DNA of 64,000 nt from Candidatus Krumholzibacteriota bacterium (GCA_963727455.1 CAVSGG010000005.1:416001-480000), one strand, 5' to 3'. Counted from the first letter of the stretch, positions 18,211 through 28,398 are shown. Notes: generated by a model not told the origin, from the sequence alone. Numbers and translations: made by a program.

Positions 18211-20024
18211 AATTCCTTCGCCCTTCGGCGACTCTCCGGTGGGTTCTGACTGTCTTCGCCGCAGCTGCGATTCTGGCTGCGAATGCGACGATGTTCCCGC
18301 GGAATGCCCGGGCGACGGACGGAGGCACGGCGGAAGCGGACAGCAATGCCGTGCCGCTCTTGCCGCGATCGGTGCCCACGGCGCTCTTCATCGCAGGCGC
18401 CATGATCGAGGGGGGAGATCTCGAGGGAGCGCTCCAGCACTACGGCTATGCCCTGCGACAGGATCCCACGAACCGGGAAATCGTGAGCCGCGCCGTCGCC
18501 CTGGCTCTGCGCATGGGCCGGCTCCAAGATGCATTGGCTGCGCTGGATTTGGCGCTGAAGGCGCTGCCACAGGACAGGGATTTGCGGATCCAGAAGACCA
18601 GGTTGCTACTCCTGGGCGGCCTCACGGACAGGGCTTTGCCTCTCAGCGTAGAATTGGAGAGCGAGTACCCGCAGGACTCCGAGGTTCTCTCGTTGCGAGT
18701 GGAAGTTTTGGAGCGCCTGGGCCGACTCGAAGATGCGGTGGACTTACAGTCACGGCGCCTGAAAGAACACCCCGGCGATCCCGAGCTTCTGCGCTCTCAG
18801 GCCACGCTGCTTCTGCGAGGTGGTTCCAAACAGAAGGGCGAATCGATCCTGAAGGAACTCTTGGCGAAGGACCCCGACGACGAAGCCGCGGCGCAAATCT
18901 TGGTAAATCAGTACCGGACCGACGGCGATGCGAAGGCCGCCATTAGCCTCCTGGAGGGACTCCTGGAGAGGACCTCGCAAGACGAAAGCTATCGTCGTCT
19001 CCTCGCGGATCTCTACCTCGGTGAGGGACGGAATGGCGATGCCTGCGACTTGCTCCTGCCTCTGGCCCGGGACGGCTCGCTCGACCGGCACGGTCAGATC
19101 CTCCTCACCGATCTTCTCATCCGCCAGGAGCGTTACGACGAAGCGTGGGAACTGGCTCAGGGACTTTTGAACGATGACGAGGAAGATGGACTGGTTCTGC
19201 AGATGGTGGGGGAGATCGCCTTGGAGCGGGGCGAGCTGGGCACTGCGGAAGACACCCTCCGGCGAGCGCTGCAGGTCCAGCCGGACGACCCGGGAATTCT
19301 CGTGAGTTTGTTGCTGGCGATGAGCCGGCACTATCCGGACCTCAGCGGGGGGCATCCCGATGAGAAGAAGGGTCAGCTGGTGTCGGATGACAAGATCAAG
19401 GAGCGCTTCAACCGTCTCCTGGTGGCCGCGCAGGGACAGGTGCAGGACAAAAGTTTCCGGCAGAACTTGATTCTGGGCTCACTCTTGCGGCGCGCCGGCC
19501 GGCCCAGCGAAGCAGTGATTCCGCTGGGACGCGCAGCTGCGTTGCAGGAGGACAACGTACAGGCTCTCAACGAGCTTGCGTGGGCACAGGAGAGGGCCGG
19601 TCTCTACCACGAGGCGTGCGATACTCTCGATCGTCTGTTGAAGCTGCGCCCCCACGAAGCCAATCTGCTGAACTTCTACGGCTATCTTCTCGCCGATCAG
19701 GGGTGGGAGCTGAAACGCGCGCGGGAAATGATCGACGAAGCCGTGAAGGCGGATCCCAAGAACCCCTACTATCTGGACAGCCTGGGTTGGGTGCTCTATC
19801 GCCAGGGCGAGTACGAGGAGGCGCTCGGGAAACTCATCGATTCGGCGAATTTGATCGGGGACGATGTTACCGTCCTGCTCCACATGGGTCAGGTCCTGCT
19901 TGCCTTGGAGCGTTACGACAAAGCTCTGGGAGTCCTGCAGCGCGCTCTCGCGCTCGGGGGTGATCAGAAGGTATTGAATCCGCTCATCCAACGCGCCAAG
20001 TCGGGAGACCCCGATGCTCCCTGA
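18207..20024 (+). CDS. Exported TPR-repeat protein
   Basis: Signal peptide from ATG 18207; many TPRs; C-terminal LNFYGYLLAD...YYLDSLGWVLY motif. Confidence 0.85.
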   Translation: MKFLRPSATLRWVLTVFAAAAILAANATMFPRNARATDGGTAEADSNAVPLLPRSVPTALFIAGAMIEGGDLEGALQHYGYALRQDPTNREIVSRAVALALRMGRLQDALAALDLALKALPQDRDLRIQKTRLLLLGGLTDRALPLSVELESEYPQDSEVLSLRVEVLERLGRLEDAVDLQSRRLKEHPGDPELLRSQATLLLRGGSKQKGESILKELLAKDPDDEAAAQILVNQYRTDGDAKAAISLLEGLLERTSQDESYRRLLADLYLGEGRNGDACDLLLPLARDGSLDRHGQILLTDLLIRQERYDEAWELAQGLLNDDEEDGLVLQMVGEIALERGELGTAEDTLRRALQVQPDDPGILVSLLLAMSRHYPDLSGGHPDEKKGQLVSDDKIKERFNRLLVAAQGQVQDKSFRQNLILGSLLRRAGRPSEAVIPLGRAAALQEDNVQALNELAWAQERAGLYHEACDTLDRLLKLRPHEANLLNFYGYLLADQGWELKRAREMIDEAVKADPKNPYYLDSLGWVLYRQGEYEEALGKLIDSANLIGDDVTVLLHMGQVLLALERYDKALGVLQRALALGGDQKVLNPLIQRAKSGDPDAP

Positions 20025-20733
20025 GCGCAGCTGCCTCCTTCTGCTTTTTGCCCTCACCCTCAGCGCCTGCGGCACGGGGACCGTTCCCCTGACGGATTCT
20101 CCCGACACCCCCGCGATACTCCAGTTGCCGCCCGTCGCCTCGAGCCACGCCCTGCACTTCACCGGCGAGCTCACGGGGGGCGCGCTCGGCTTCGGCCCCA
20201 GCGTGAGTCTGCAGGCCTGGTTGCGTTCGGACCGTTGGTTGCGCGCGGACCTACTCTACGAGGACAAAGACGGAGCGCACGCGCACGACGTGCTGATCTG
20301 GGGACCGGAAAGCGCAGTGCTCTTCGATCGCCGGAAGGGCCGGTTCACCGAACTCGGGGATCGGCCCGGGGAAGTCGAGGTCAAGGGTGGGGCCTTTCAC
20401 GTGCGGCACGCGCTCTGGCTGGCACTGGCCCATTGGCTGGGCCCGGAGCCGCTGGTGGGGAGCCGCCAGGGCAGTAGCTGGCGTGCCCGCGATGGTGAGA
20501 TGGGCATTCGGGCCAAGCTGGGCCGCGCCAGGGCCGAGGAGATGGAGGTGGTTTTTCGCGGGGAGCGGCTACAGGCGATCCCCAAGCGCTGGACGAAGAC
20601 CTCGTGGGGCATGATTCCCCGCGAAACGGAGTTGCGGGGCACCTTCCTGGACGCCCCGGCACAGCTGCGCTGGACGGTCGAGGAAATTCCGGTCTTCGCG
20701 GATAGCCTCTTGGACCCCCTGATGCTTCCTTAG
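20014..20733 (+). CDS. Hypothetical lipoprotein, possibly LolA/LolB-like (DUF4292-like) fold
   Basis: Lipobox LSAC; beta-rich; overlaps the TPR gene. Confidence 0.65.
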   Translation: MLPERSCLLLLFALTLSACGTGTVPLTDSPDTPAILQLPPVASSHALHFTGELTGGALGFGPSVSLQAWLRSDRWLRADLLYEDKDGAHAHDVLIWGPESAVLFDRRKGRFTELGDRPGEVEVKGGAFHVRHALWLALAHWLGPEPLVGSRQGSSWRARDGEMGIRAKLGRARAEEMEVVFRGERLQAIPKRWTKTSWGMIPRETELRGTFLDAPAQLRWTVEEIPVFADSLLDPLMLP

Positions 20734-20740
20734 AGGAGTG

Positions 20741-20765
20741 GGAACCCCCAATGGGAGCCGGCGTA
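20741..20765 (+). promoter_or_regulatory. Putative ECF sigma autoregulatory promoter
   Basis: GGAAC-N16-CGTA about 100 nt before the sigma gene; second copy at 49530-49554. Confidence 0.65.
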
Positions 20766-20867
20766 TAAGCGCTTAGATCCCGTCAGCGGATGCTCTCGCC
20801 AAGGCGAGGGTGAAATCCCGAGGGCGGGAGGATCTAGAGTGTAGCACCAGAAGAAACGGCGGCTCTC

Positions 20868-21545
20868 ATGGCGATACAGAGGACGGTGAGACAACTGGAT
20901 CCGAGGCAGAAGCCCACCTCGCGGGCGGAGCTCAGCGATGAGGAGCTCATGCTGCGTGTGCAGGAGGGCGAAAAGTCCTGCTACGACATCCTGGTGGGGC
21001 GCTACAAGCTCAGGCTCTACAACTATATCCTACGCATGGTCGGACGGCCCGACGTGGCCGAGGAGATTGCGCAGGACGCTTTCGTGCGGGCGTACATTCA
21101 CGCCGACAAATACCGCACCATCGCTCGCTTCTCTACCTGGCTGTATACCATCGCCACCAACCTGGTCCGCAATCGCTTCCGCAAAAAGAAGCGTTTGCCC
21201 ACCATTCTGTCGCTCTTCTTCAAGGGAGAGGGCGACGACGAGGAACGAGCATTCGAGATCCCCGACAAGGCACCCAATCCGGAAGAGACGACGGCCGGTG
21301 TAGAGCTCGAACGCATCATCGCCGAGGCGAGCGCCCAGATCCCCGAAAACTACCGCGAGCCTTTTCTTCTGCGAGAGGTGAATCAACTCTCATACGAGGA
21401 AATTGCAGCTGTCACCGGACTCAAGTTGGGCACCGTTCGCAGCCGTATCAATCGCGCCAGAAGTCATTTTCGTCGCATCATCGAGCCGATGCTGCGGGAT
21501 GAAACAGTGCTTTCTCCCGATCAACCCTCCACCCCATCTCACTGA
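20868..21545 (+). CDS. ECF RNA polymerase sigma factor (RpoE/SigW-like)
   Basis: Region 2 AEEIAQDAF...FSTWLYTIATN; region 4 YEEIAAVTGLKLGTVRSRINRAR. Confidence 0.93.
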   Translation: MAIQRTVRQLDPRQKPTSRAELSDEELMLRVQEGEKSCYDILVGRYKLRLYNYILRMVGRPDVAEEIAQDAFVRAYIHADKYRTIARFSTWLYTIATNLVRNRFRKKKRLPTILSLFFKGEGDDEERAFEIPDKAPNPEETTAGVELERIIAEASAQIPENYREPFLLREVNQLSYEEIAAVTGLKLGTVRSRINRARSHFRRIIEPMLRDETVLSPDQPSTPSH

Positions 21546-21558
21546 GGATTAGAGCATC

Positions 21559-22239
21559 ATGCGTTGCGCCAAAGCCCGAGTTTTCATTAGCACCGCGATG
21601 GACGGTGAACTCAATGACCAGGATCGCGTTACTCTTGCCCGTCATCTCGAGGACTGTCCGGAGTGCGTGAACTATCAGGAGGATCTCGAGACCTGTCACA
21701 GACTTCTACGGGAGACCGAGAGCGCGCCCTCAGCACAGTTCGAATGGATGGTACAGCTGGGTATCCGCAAGGCGCTTCGCTCTCGTGCTTCCGCGCAGGA
21801 TAGCGCAGGCGGCAGATTCTGGCTTCCCGCGAGCATCAGCGCCTTCTCCGTATTGGTAGTGGTCTTGGGTCTGGGCCTCTGGTTGCTTCCCGCCAAGAAT
21901 GCTCCGATTGGCATCAACTCCTCGCCGGATCTGCTGGCGGAATCGACACCCACCGCCGCGAAATCTCCGGCTCTCGGTTTTTCCGCCGCGGACGAGTTCG
22001 CGAAGCTGCAAAAGCAGACAGCGGCCGAGATCCCGGCATGGCGTCTGGGAGCCCGACCGGATTGGCGCACGCCCCCTTCCTTGGTCGGACACGTCAGTAC
22101 CGTGAATGCGCTTCTTATGGGCTCTTCCGAGGATATCGGCAGCCAGCTGCGTTTCGGCTCGCGTTACGTGCGTGTGCCGGGACAAGGCGCGGTACCTGTC
22201 GACAGCCTGCGTGCGAGCAACTCTGTAAGTCCTCATTGA
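21559..22239 (+). CDS. Zinc-binding (zf-HC2/ZAS) transmembrane anti-sigma factor
   Basis: DGEL...HLEDCPEC (HxxxCxxC), one TM helix, follows the ECF sigma. Confidence 0.85.
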   Translation: MRCAKARVFISTAMDGELNDQDRVTLARHLEDCPECVNYQEDLETCHRLLRETESAPSAQFEWMVQLGIRKALRSRASAQDSAGGRFWLPASISAFSVLVVVLGLGLWLLPAKNAPIGINSSPDLLAESTPTAAKSPALGFSAADEFAKLQKQTAAEIPAWRLGARPDWRTPPSLVGHVSTVNALLMGSSEDIGSQLRFGSRYVRVPGQGAVPVDSLRASNSVSPH

Positions 22240-22306
22240 CGCAATAGGGCGCTCATGCGCATATATTCTCCAGAGGGCTCGTCCTCACGCGCTGGAGAAT
22301 GCCGTC

Positions 22307-23341
22307 ATGTCGAAAATCCGAATTGCTCTTCTTCCGATACTCGCAGTGAGTCTCCTTGCAGCTTCGCTTGGTTGCGAAAACGGACAGCCGATGAGCGCGG
22401 CGGTTGGGTCCTATTCCGACGTCGCCATCCTGACGGACACCGCGACGCTGGGACCGGTGGCTGATCAGCTCCAGCGCGCACTTTCCCAGGACGTCGATTA
22501 CACCATCCAGCCCGAGCCTCTCTTCAACGTCGACATCTTCGACTGGAACGATCGACGCAACGCCCAGGTCTACAAGAACATGATCGTCATTGGGCTCTTG
22601 AAGGGAAGGGACCCCGCCAGCAAGGAGCTGCGCAGTCGCCTCGGGGGAGAGACGATGGACCGCCAGGGTAAGCGCAACTTCTACGTCGCGGTCAAGTCGG
22701 ATGTCTATAGCCGCAATCAGCTCGTATTTTTCGTGGCGGGGAACGACCGCACGCTCATGCAGAGTGGGCTGGCCAAGGGAATCGACACTCTCATCAATCG
22801 CATGAAGACGGAGAATCGGGATCGCCTGCGCGACTATCTGTTCACCAATGGACACGAGGTCGCGCTGGAAAACAAGATTCGTGACCAGTTGGGATTTGGA
22901 TTGCAGGTTCCCGCTTCGTATCACGAGACTAGATTCGAGAAGGGGGAGAAAGAGGGCTTCGTCGAGGTCGCGGCGACGCGACCCACGCGAACCGCCAGCA
23001 TCTACTACATGGACGATGCGGACAGCACGGCGATCAAGGACCATGATCTGCTGCTCGAGCTCCGACGCTCTTTCGGTACACGTTATCTGGAAGAGGATTT
23101 GCAGGACGCCGCGGGCTACAACTGGAGCGAGGACGTGTTTGCGGGCGAGATGCACCTGGTCCTTTCCGGTTACTGGCAGGCCAGGACGGGAGACTACGGT
23201 GGACCTTTCCGGACTTTCTTCCTCTATCAGCCCGAGAAGCGGCGGCTCTACGCCATCAATGTCCTGACCTACGCGCCCGGCATGAAGAAGCGACCATACA
23301 TTCGGGAGGCCACTTGCGTGGCCGAAACCCTGGTTCCCTAA
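22307..23341 (+). CDS. DUF4837-like lipoprotein
   Basis: Lipobox LGC; QPEPLF, DVYSRNQ, G.W...GGPF, YAPGMKKRPYIRE resemble the Bacteroidota DUF4837 pattern. Confidence 0.7.
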   Translation: MSKIRIALLPILAVSLLAASLGCENGQPMSAAVGSYSDVAILTDTATLGPVADQLQRALSQDVDYTIQPEPLFNVDIFDWNDRRNAQVYKNMIVIGLLKGRDPASKELRSRLGGETMDRQGKRNFYVAVKSDVYSRNQLVFFVAGNDRTLMQSGLAKGIDTLINRMKTENRDRLRDYLFTNGHEVALENKIRDQLGFGLQVPASYHETRFEKGEKEGFVEVAATRPTRTASIYYMDDADSTAIKDHDLLLELRRSFGTRYLEEDLQDAAGYNWSEDVFAGEMHLVLSGYWQARTGDYGGPFRTFFLYQPEKRRLYAINVLTYAPGMKKRPYIREATCVAETLVP

Positions 23342-23343
23342 TA

Positions 23344-24414
23344 GTGAACGACTTCCAAATTACGCTGAACCCACCGTATCCGGTACGTCTGAGGACCAGT
23401 TTCCAGGAGACGTGGGAGGCTCTGCGCGCCGATCATCCGAACCGGCGACTCTTTGTCGTGGCCGACCGCAAGGTGCTGCGAAATCACGCCGGGGCCCTGG
23501 CCGGATTGAGCCGCTCCGAACGCGAGCGGGTGGTGGAGATTGTGGGCGGGGAGAGGATCAAGAATCTGCGTCATTTGGATGCATTGGTGTCCGAAGCGCT
23601 GGAGGCGCGCGTCGATCGTAGGACCCTGGTGGTTGCGCTGGGAGGGGGCACGGTGGGCGATCTCGTGGGCTTCTTCGCCGCCAGTTACATGCGGGGACTC
23701 GACTGGTGTCCCATCGCCACCACGGTAATCTCGCTCGCCGATTCGGCAGTGGGTGGAAAGACCGGAGTCAACGGCTATGGTCTGAAGAACCTCATCGGTG
23801 CCTTTCATCAACCGTCTGGAGTGTACGGCGCACTGCAAGCTCTGGAGAGTCTGCCGCAGCGCCATCGTGTCGGGGGACTGGCCGAAGTGCTCAAGTGCGG
23901 CATCATCGCCGACGCGGAACTCTTCGAAATTCTGGAACAGAGGGCCGAAGAACTTCGCGTCGAAAATCTCGAACTGTGGGCGACCGTGCTCGAGCGTGCC
24001 GCGCGCGTGAAGGGGAAAGTGGTCAGCCAGGATCCGCGCGAGACGGGAATCCGCGAGATACTGAATTTCGGACACACCCTGGGGCACGCAATCGAGGCCA
24101 CGGCCCGGCCGCCCCTGCACCATGGCGAGGCGATCGCACTGGGCATGATTGGAGCGCTCAGGATTTCGCAGACGCGGGGCCTGGCTCCCTCGGGGACGAC
24201 CTCGCGGATTACCGAGCTTCTCGGTCGCCTGGGTCTACCGCGTGCCGCTCCGGGGGTGGATACCGAAACTGCCCTGGTAGCAGTGGGTTACGACAAGAAA
24301 GTCTGGGATCGACGGGTGAGGATGGTCTTGACGGAGGGAATTGGCTCGGCTACCGTCGGCCACGAGGTCGAGTGGTCAGAATTGAGCCAGGCTCTGCAGA
24401 CTCTTCGCGTCTGA
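23344..24414 (+). CDS. aroB: 3-dehydroquinate synthase
   Basis: GGGTVGDLVGF, DSAVGGKTGVN, KNLIGAFHQP, LNFGHTLGHAIE, HGEA; GTG start. Confidence 0.95.
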   Translation: MNDFQITLNPPYPVRLRTSFQETWEALRADHPNRRLFVVADRKVLRNHAGALAGLSRSERERVVEIVGGERIKNLRHLDALVSEALEARVDRRTLVVALGGGTVGDLVGFFAASYMRGLDWCPIATTVISLADSAVGGKTGVNGYGLKNLIGAFHQPSGVYGALQALESLPQRHRVGGLAEVLKCGIIADAELFEILEQRAEELRVENLELWATVLERAARVKGKVVSQDPRETGIREILNFGHTLGHAIEATARPPLHHGEAIALGMIGALRISQTRGLAPSGTTSRITELLGRLGLPRAAPGVDTETALVAVGYDKKVWDRRVRMVLTEGIGSATVGHEVEWSELSQALQTLRV

Positions 24415-24465
24415 GGCCGGGTTCGTGCATCTATGCGCAAGTGACGTCGAAAGGGAGTCGAGGCC

Positions 24466-25359
24466 TTGCCCAACCTTCCCCGCGAGGACGAGCTACATCG
24501 CCTTCTCGAACGCTTCGAAGACCAGCCGAACGGACGCATTTTTGCGCCCCTCGCCGATTGCTACCGTAAACTGCAGCGTCTGGACGAAGCCTATAAAGTG
24601 TGCGTGGACGGCCTCGTACGTCACCCTCGTTACAGCACCGGATTCGTGGTCCTGGGGAAGATCCATTTGGACCGAGCGGAGTTCGAGGACGCGCGAACCG
24701 CTTTCGAAACCGTTCTCTCGATCGATCCGGAGAATCTCATCGCGCTGAGAGAATTGGCTGAAGACGCGCGGCGTCGCGGCGACGAGAAGCGCGCCGAGGA
24801 TCTGCGTGAACAGCTCTCCGTACTGGACCCCAGTGGGGATACCCTGGAGGAGCTGAGAGGGGGGGGCGCCGAATCCGAAGCCAGCCCGAGCGGCGTGAGG
24901 CAGGAGGAGGCACCCGCGCTCGTTGCGAAGAAGCTTCGGGAGTTGGAGGATGCGCAGGATGAGGAGACGGAACCCATCGTGCTCACGGCGGTCAGCAAGG
25001 ATGACGCGTTTCAGCACTCCAACCAGGATTTCGATCCGGAAGGGATCTTCACCGGCGAGACCATCGCGACGGTGACCCTCGCCGATGTCTACTACCAGCA
25101 GGGCTTCAAGGCGAAGGCACTCGAAATGTATCGCGCGGTTCTGGAGCGCCATCCCAGGGCTCCAGGAGTAAAGGAGAAAGCGCAGGCCATCGAGGAGGAG
25201 ATGTCGCAACTCACCAAGCGCTTCGAAGAGACTGGGAGCGAACCACCCTCGGAGGATCTGCGAGATCTGGAAGCCCAGGAAAAACCCAAAGAAGCCGGGC
25301 AGGCCGAAGACATGGGAGCCTTTCGTAGCTGGATCGAGAAACACGAGCGGGAACCATGA
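24466..25359 (+). CDS. Cytoplasmic TPR protein
   Basis: N-terminal FAPLADCYRK TPRs, acidic linker, C-terminal TVTLADVYYQQG TPR. Confidence 0.8.
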   Translation: MPNLPREDELHRLLERFEDQPNGRIFAPLADCYRKLQRLDEAYKVCVDGLVRHPRYSTGFVVLGKIHLDRAEFEDARTAFETVLSIDPENLIALRELAEDARRRGDEKRAEDLREQLSVLDPSGDTLEELRGGGAESEASPSGVRQEEAPALVAKKLRELEDAQDEETEPIVLTAVSKDDAFQHSNQDFDPEGIFTGETIATVTLADVYYQQGFKAKALEMYRAVLERHPRAPGVKEKAQAIEEEMSQLTKRFEETGSEPPSEDLRDLEAQEKPKEAGQAEDMGAFRSWIEKHEREP

Positions 25360-25835
25360 GCGCGAAGAAGCCGCGGGAGGGCGCCATGCACATTCAGGTC
25401 TTGCACGGGCCCAACCTCAACCTGCTGGGAAGTCGAGAACCTTCCATCTACGGTAGGGTCGGCCTGGCCGAGATCGATCATGCCTTGCAAGAACTCGCGA
25501 AGCAACTCGCGGTCGAGCTGGATATCTTGCAGAGCAACCACGAAGGCGAGCTCATCGACTGCATCCAGCGGAGCACGCAGTCTGACGGTTTCCTGGTCAA
25601 TCCCGCCGGTTTGGGGCACACCAGTGTATCTCTGCGGGACGCGTTGCTCGCCGTGAACTTGCCCTTTGTGGAGGTTCATTGTAGTAACATCCTGGCTCGC
25701 GAGAGCTTCCGTCGCACCACTCTCTTGGGCGACGCCGCTCTAGGGCTGGTAGTGGGTTTCGGTCCCGATAGCTATACGCTCGGACTGAGGGCCCTGGTGA
25801 CACATCTCAAGTCGAAGCAACCCAAGAACGAGTAG
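25356..25835 (+). CDS. aroQ: Type II 3-dehydroquinate dehydratase
   Basis: HGPNLNLLGSREPSIYG, QSNHEGELID, NPAG, EVH. Confidence 0.96.
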   Translation: MSAKKPREGAMHIQVLHGPNLNLLGSREPSIYGRVGLAEIDHALQELAKQLAVELDILQSNHEGELIDCIQRSTQSDGFLVNPAGLGHTSVSLRDALLAVNLPFVEVHCSNILARESFRRTTLLGDAALGLVVGFGPDSYTLGLRALVTHLKSKQPKNE

Positions 25836-25847
25836 GTACGAGAATCC

Positions 25848-26405
25848 ATGGCGGATACCAGCAATTTCAGGAATGGCATGGTGCTCGAGCTGGATACGGG
25901 CATGTGGACGATCGTGGAATTCCAGCACGTGAAACCGGGCAAGGGTCCAGCCTTCGTTCGCACCAAGTTGAAGAACGTCGAGAACGGAAAGGTGGTGGAC
26001 AAGACCTTCCGCTCCGGTGAGAAAGTCACGGAACTTCGCCTGGAGGCTCAGGAGTTCCAGTACCTCTACCATGACGGCGTTCACCATCACTTCATGAACA
26101 CCTCGACTTACGAGCAGATCCAGCTGCCCGAGGAAGTACTCGCGGACGCGCTGCCCTACCTGAAGGAAAACGACACGGTGAAGCTGCTCATGAAAGGCAG
26201 CGTTCCCGTGACCATCGAAGTGGCGAATTTCGTCGAGCTCAAGATCGTAAAGACCGATCCCGGGGTGCGCGGAGACACGGCGCAGGGTGGCAGCAAACCC
26301 GCGACTTTGGAAACCGGTCTGGTCGTTTCGGTTCCTCTGTTCATCGACGAGGGAGAGACCATTCGCATCGACACCAGAACTGGCAAGTACCTCTCCCGAG
26401 TTTGA
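25848..26405 (+). CDS. efp: Elongation factor P
   Basis: [32 protein letters not shown]. Confidence 0.97.
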   Translation: MADTSNFRNGMVLELDTGMWTIVEFQHVKPGKGPAFVRTKLKNVENGKVVDKTFRSGEKVTELRLEAQEFQYLYHDGVHHHFMNTSTYEQIQLPEEVLADALPYLKENDTVKLLMKGSVPVTIEVANFVELKIVKTDPGVRGDTAQGGSKPATLETGLVVSVPLFIDEGETIRIDTRTGKYLSRV

Positions 26406-26430
26406 GCGGAGACAGCCTGAAGGAGACCCA

Positions 26431-26910
26431 ATGGATCTGGAGAGAATCAAGGCGTTGGTAGAGCTCGTGGAGGAAAGTGGCATCGACGAACTCGAGCTCT
26501 CCAATCGCGGAGAAACGATCCGCATCTGCAAAGGCGGCCAGGCCGGCCAGACCAGGATCGTGACGACTCAGGGCCACGCTTCCGTAGCGGGCACTCCCAC
26601 TTCCGTGGCTGCTCCCGCGGCCACACCCGCCGCGCAGAGCGAAGCAAGCGAGGCGCGCCGGGAGGGCCTCCGAGAGGTTGCCAGCCCTATGGTGGGAACC
26701 TTTTACCGTTCACCCAGCCCCGACAGCGATCCCTACGTGCGGGTGGGAGAGCGGGTCGAAAAGGATGACGTGCTCTGTATCGTCGAGGCGATGAAGTTGA
26801 TGAACGAAATCGAGGCGGAGTTCTCCGGAATCGTGCGCGAGATTCTGGTGGAAAACGCCCAGCCGGTGGAATTCGGCCAGCCCCTCTTCCTGCTGGAGCC
26901 CACTTCCTGA
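26431..26910 (+). CDS. accB: Biotin carboxyl carrier protein
   Basis: [19 protein letters not shown]; AAGGAG RBS before ATG 26431. Confidence 0.96.
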   Translation: MDLERIKALVELVEESGIDELELSNRGETIRICKGGQAGQTRIVTTQGHASVAGTPTSVAAPAATPAAQSEASEARREGLREVASPMVGTFYRSPSPDSDPYVRVGERVEKDDVLCIVEAMKLMNEIEAEFSGIVREILVENAQPVEFGQPLFLLEPTS

Positions 26911-26940
26911 GATCCCGACAAATCGAGAGATTGCGCTGCG

Positions 26941-26967
26941 AAACGGCGGTCTTTTGGACCGCCGTTT
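26941..26967. terminator. Hairpin / possible bidirectional terminator after accB
   Basis: aaacggcggtc-ttttg-gaccgccgttt, 11-bp stem. Confidence 0.6.
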
Positions 26968-27074
26968 GCTGTTGGCGGAAACGGGACCGAGTGGACCCAC
27001 CGCACCCTCCGCCCGAGGGAATTCCGAGGCGCGACAGGGAAGCATGAACCCTTTAAGGGAGTGGAGCTGAGACC

Positions 27075-28247
27075 ATGGCCCTGAACATCAAAGCCGTTCT
27101 GCAACGCATGATTCAGTCGGGAGCGAGCGACTTGCACCTGAAAGTCGGTGTATCTCCGAACGTCCGTGTCAACGGCCAACTGGAATCCCTGAGCGAATTC
27201 GAGCCCCCGACCCCCAAGGACATGCAGCAGATTGCCGAGAGCATTCTGACACCCATCCAGCGCGAGGTCTACGAATCCACCCGCGAAGTGGATTTCGCTT
27301 TCGGCGTGCCGGGCCTGGCCCGCTTTCGTGCGAATTTCTACGTCCAGCGGGGCAGCACTGCGATGGTCTTCCGCCATGTTCCCGTGGACATCAAGCCCCT
27401 GGACGAATTGGGGTTGCCGCCCGTCGTGCGAGAGCTGGCCCTTCTGCCTCGTGGCTTGATTCTGGTGACCGGGACGGTGGGTTCTGGAAAGTCGACCACG
27501 CTGGCGGGCATGCTCGACGTCATTAACGAATCGCTTCCGAACAACATCATCACTATCGAGGACCCAATCGAGTTTCTGCACAAGGACAAGAGGAGCATCG
27601 TCAATCAGCGTGAGGTGGGAACGGATACCGCCACCTTCATGGAAGCATTGCGTCACGTACTGCGTCAGGACCCGAACGTGATTCTCATCGGCGAAATTCG
27701 CGACGCTGAGACCATGAAGACGGCATTGACCGCCGCCGATACCGGTCATCTGGTTTTCTCCACACTGCACACGATCGACGCGGAGCAGACGATCCAGAGA
27801 ATCATCAGCTTCTTCCCCCCGCATCAGCACCAGGAAATCCGTCTGCTCCTGTCGAACACTCTTCGCGGGATCATCAGCCAACGCCTGATTCGCCGCGCCG
27901 ACAACAACGGGCGAGTGCCGGCGGTTGAGGTCATGGTCACCACCACGACCATCTCCGAATACATCAGCGATCCTGAGAAAACTCACATGATCTCCGACGC
28001 GATTGCCGAGGGATATGTCGCATACCAGATGCAGACCTTCGATCAATCTCTGATGGCGCTCTTCAAACAGGGAACTATCACCCTGGACGAGGCCATGCGC
28101 GCGTCGAGCAATCCCCACGAGCTCAGCCTGCGCGTCAAGGGCATCCAGAGCGGAAGCGATGCCAGATGGGATCGCTTCGAAAAGGCCGGTTCAGAGGTCG
28201 ACAGCCCCAATGTCACCGGCGGCGCCGAGGATTTCGTGAAACTCTAG
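27075..28247 (+). CDS. Type IV pilus retraction ATPase, PilT/PilU family
   Basis: [55 protein letters not shown]; lacks the AIRNLIRE motif, so PilU-like. Confidence 0.92.
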   Translation: MALNIKAVLQRMIQSGASDLHLKVGVSPNVRVNGQLESLSEFEPPTPKDMQQIAESILTPIQREVYESTREVDFAFGVPGLARFRANFYVQRGSTAMVFRHVPVDIKPLDELGLPPVVRELALLPRGLILVTGTVGSGKSTTLAGMLDVINESLPNNIITIEDPIEFLHKDKRSIVNQREVGTDTATFMEALRHVLRQDPNVILIGEIRDAETMKTALTAADTGHLVFSTLHTIDAEQTIQRIISFFPPHQHQEIRLLLSNTLRGIISQRLIRRADNNGRVPAVEVMVTTTTISEYISDPEKTHMISDAIAEGYVAYQMQTFDQSLMALFKQGTITLDEAMRASSNPHELSLRVKGIQSGSDARWDRFEKAGSEVDSPNVTGGAEDFVKL

Positions 28248-28275
28248 AGTTGCCTCGAAAGCCCTTTCTTTCGCC

Positions 28276-28303
28276 AGTCCCGGAGGTGGAATCCTCCGGG
28301 ACT
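28276..28303. terminator. Hairpin after pilT
   Basis: agtcccggagg-tggaat-cctccgggact, 11-bp perfect stem. Confidence 0.55.
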
Positions 28304-28398
28304 TGCCGTATGCTCCGAGTTCGTCCATTCTCAGGGTTCATTCAAAGCGAAGCGGGTTCCCCCGAAAGGTATCGGACCGAGCACCGGGGAGTGCATCT

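Noticed and set aside
20801-20830. AGGGTGAAATCCCGA resembles the start of an FMN riboswitch
   Set aside because: The remaining FMN conserved elements are absent and the downstream gene is unrelated to flavin
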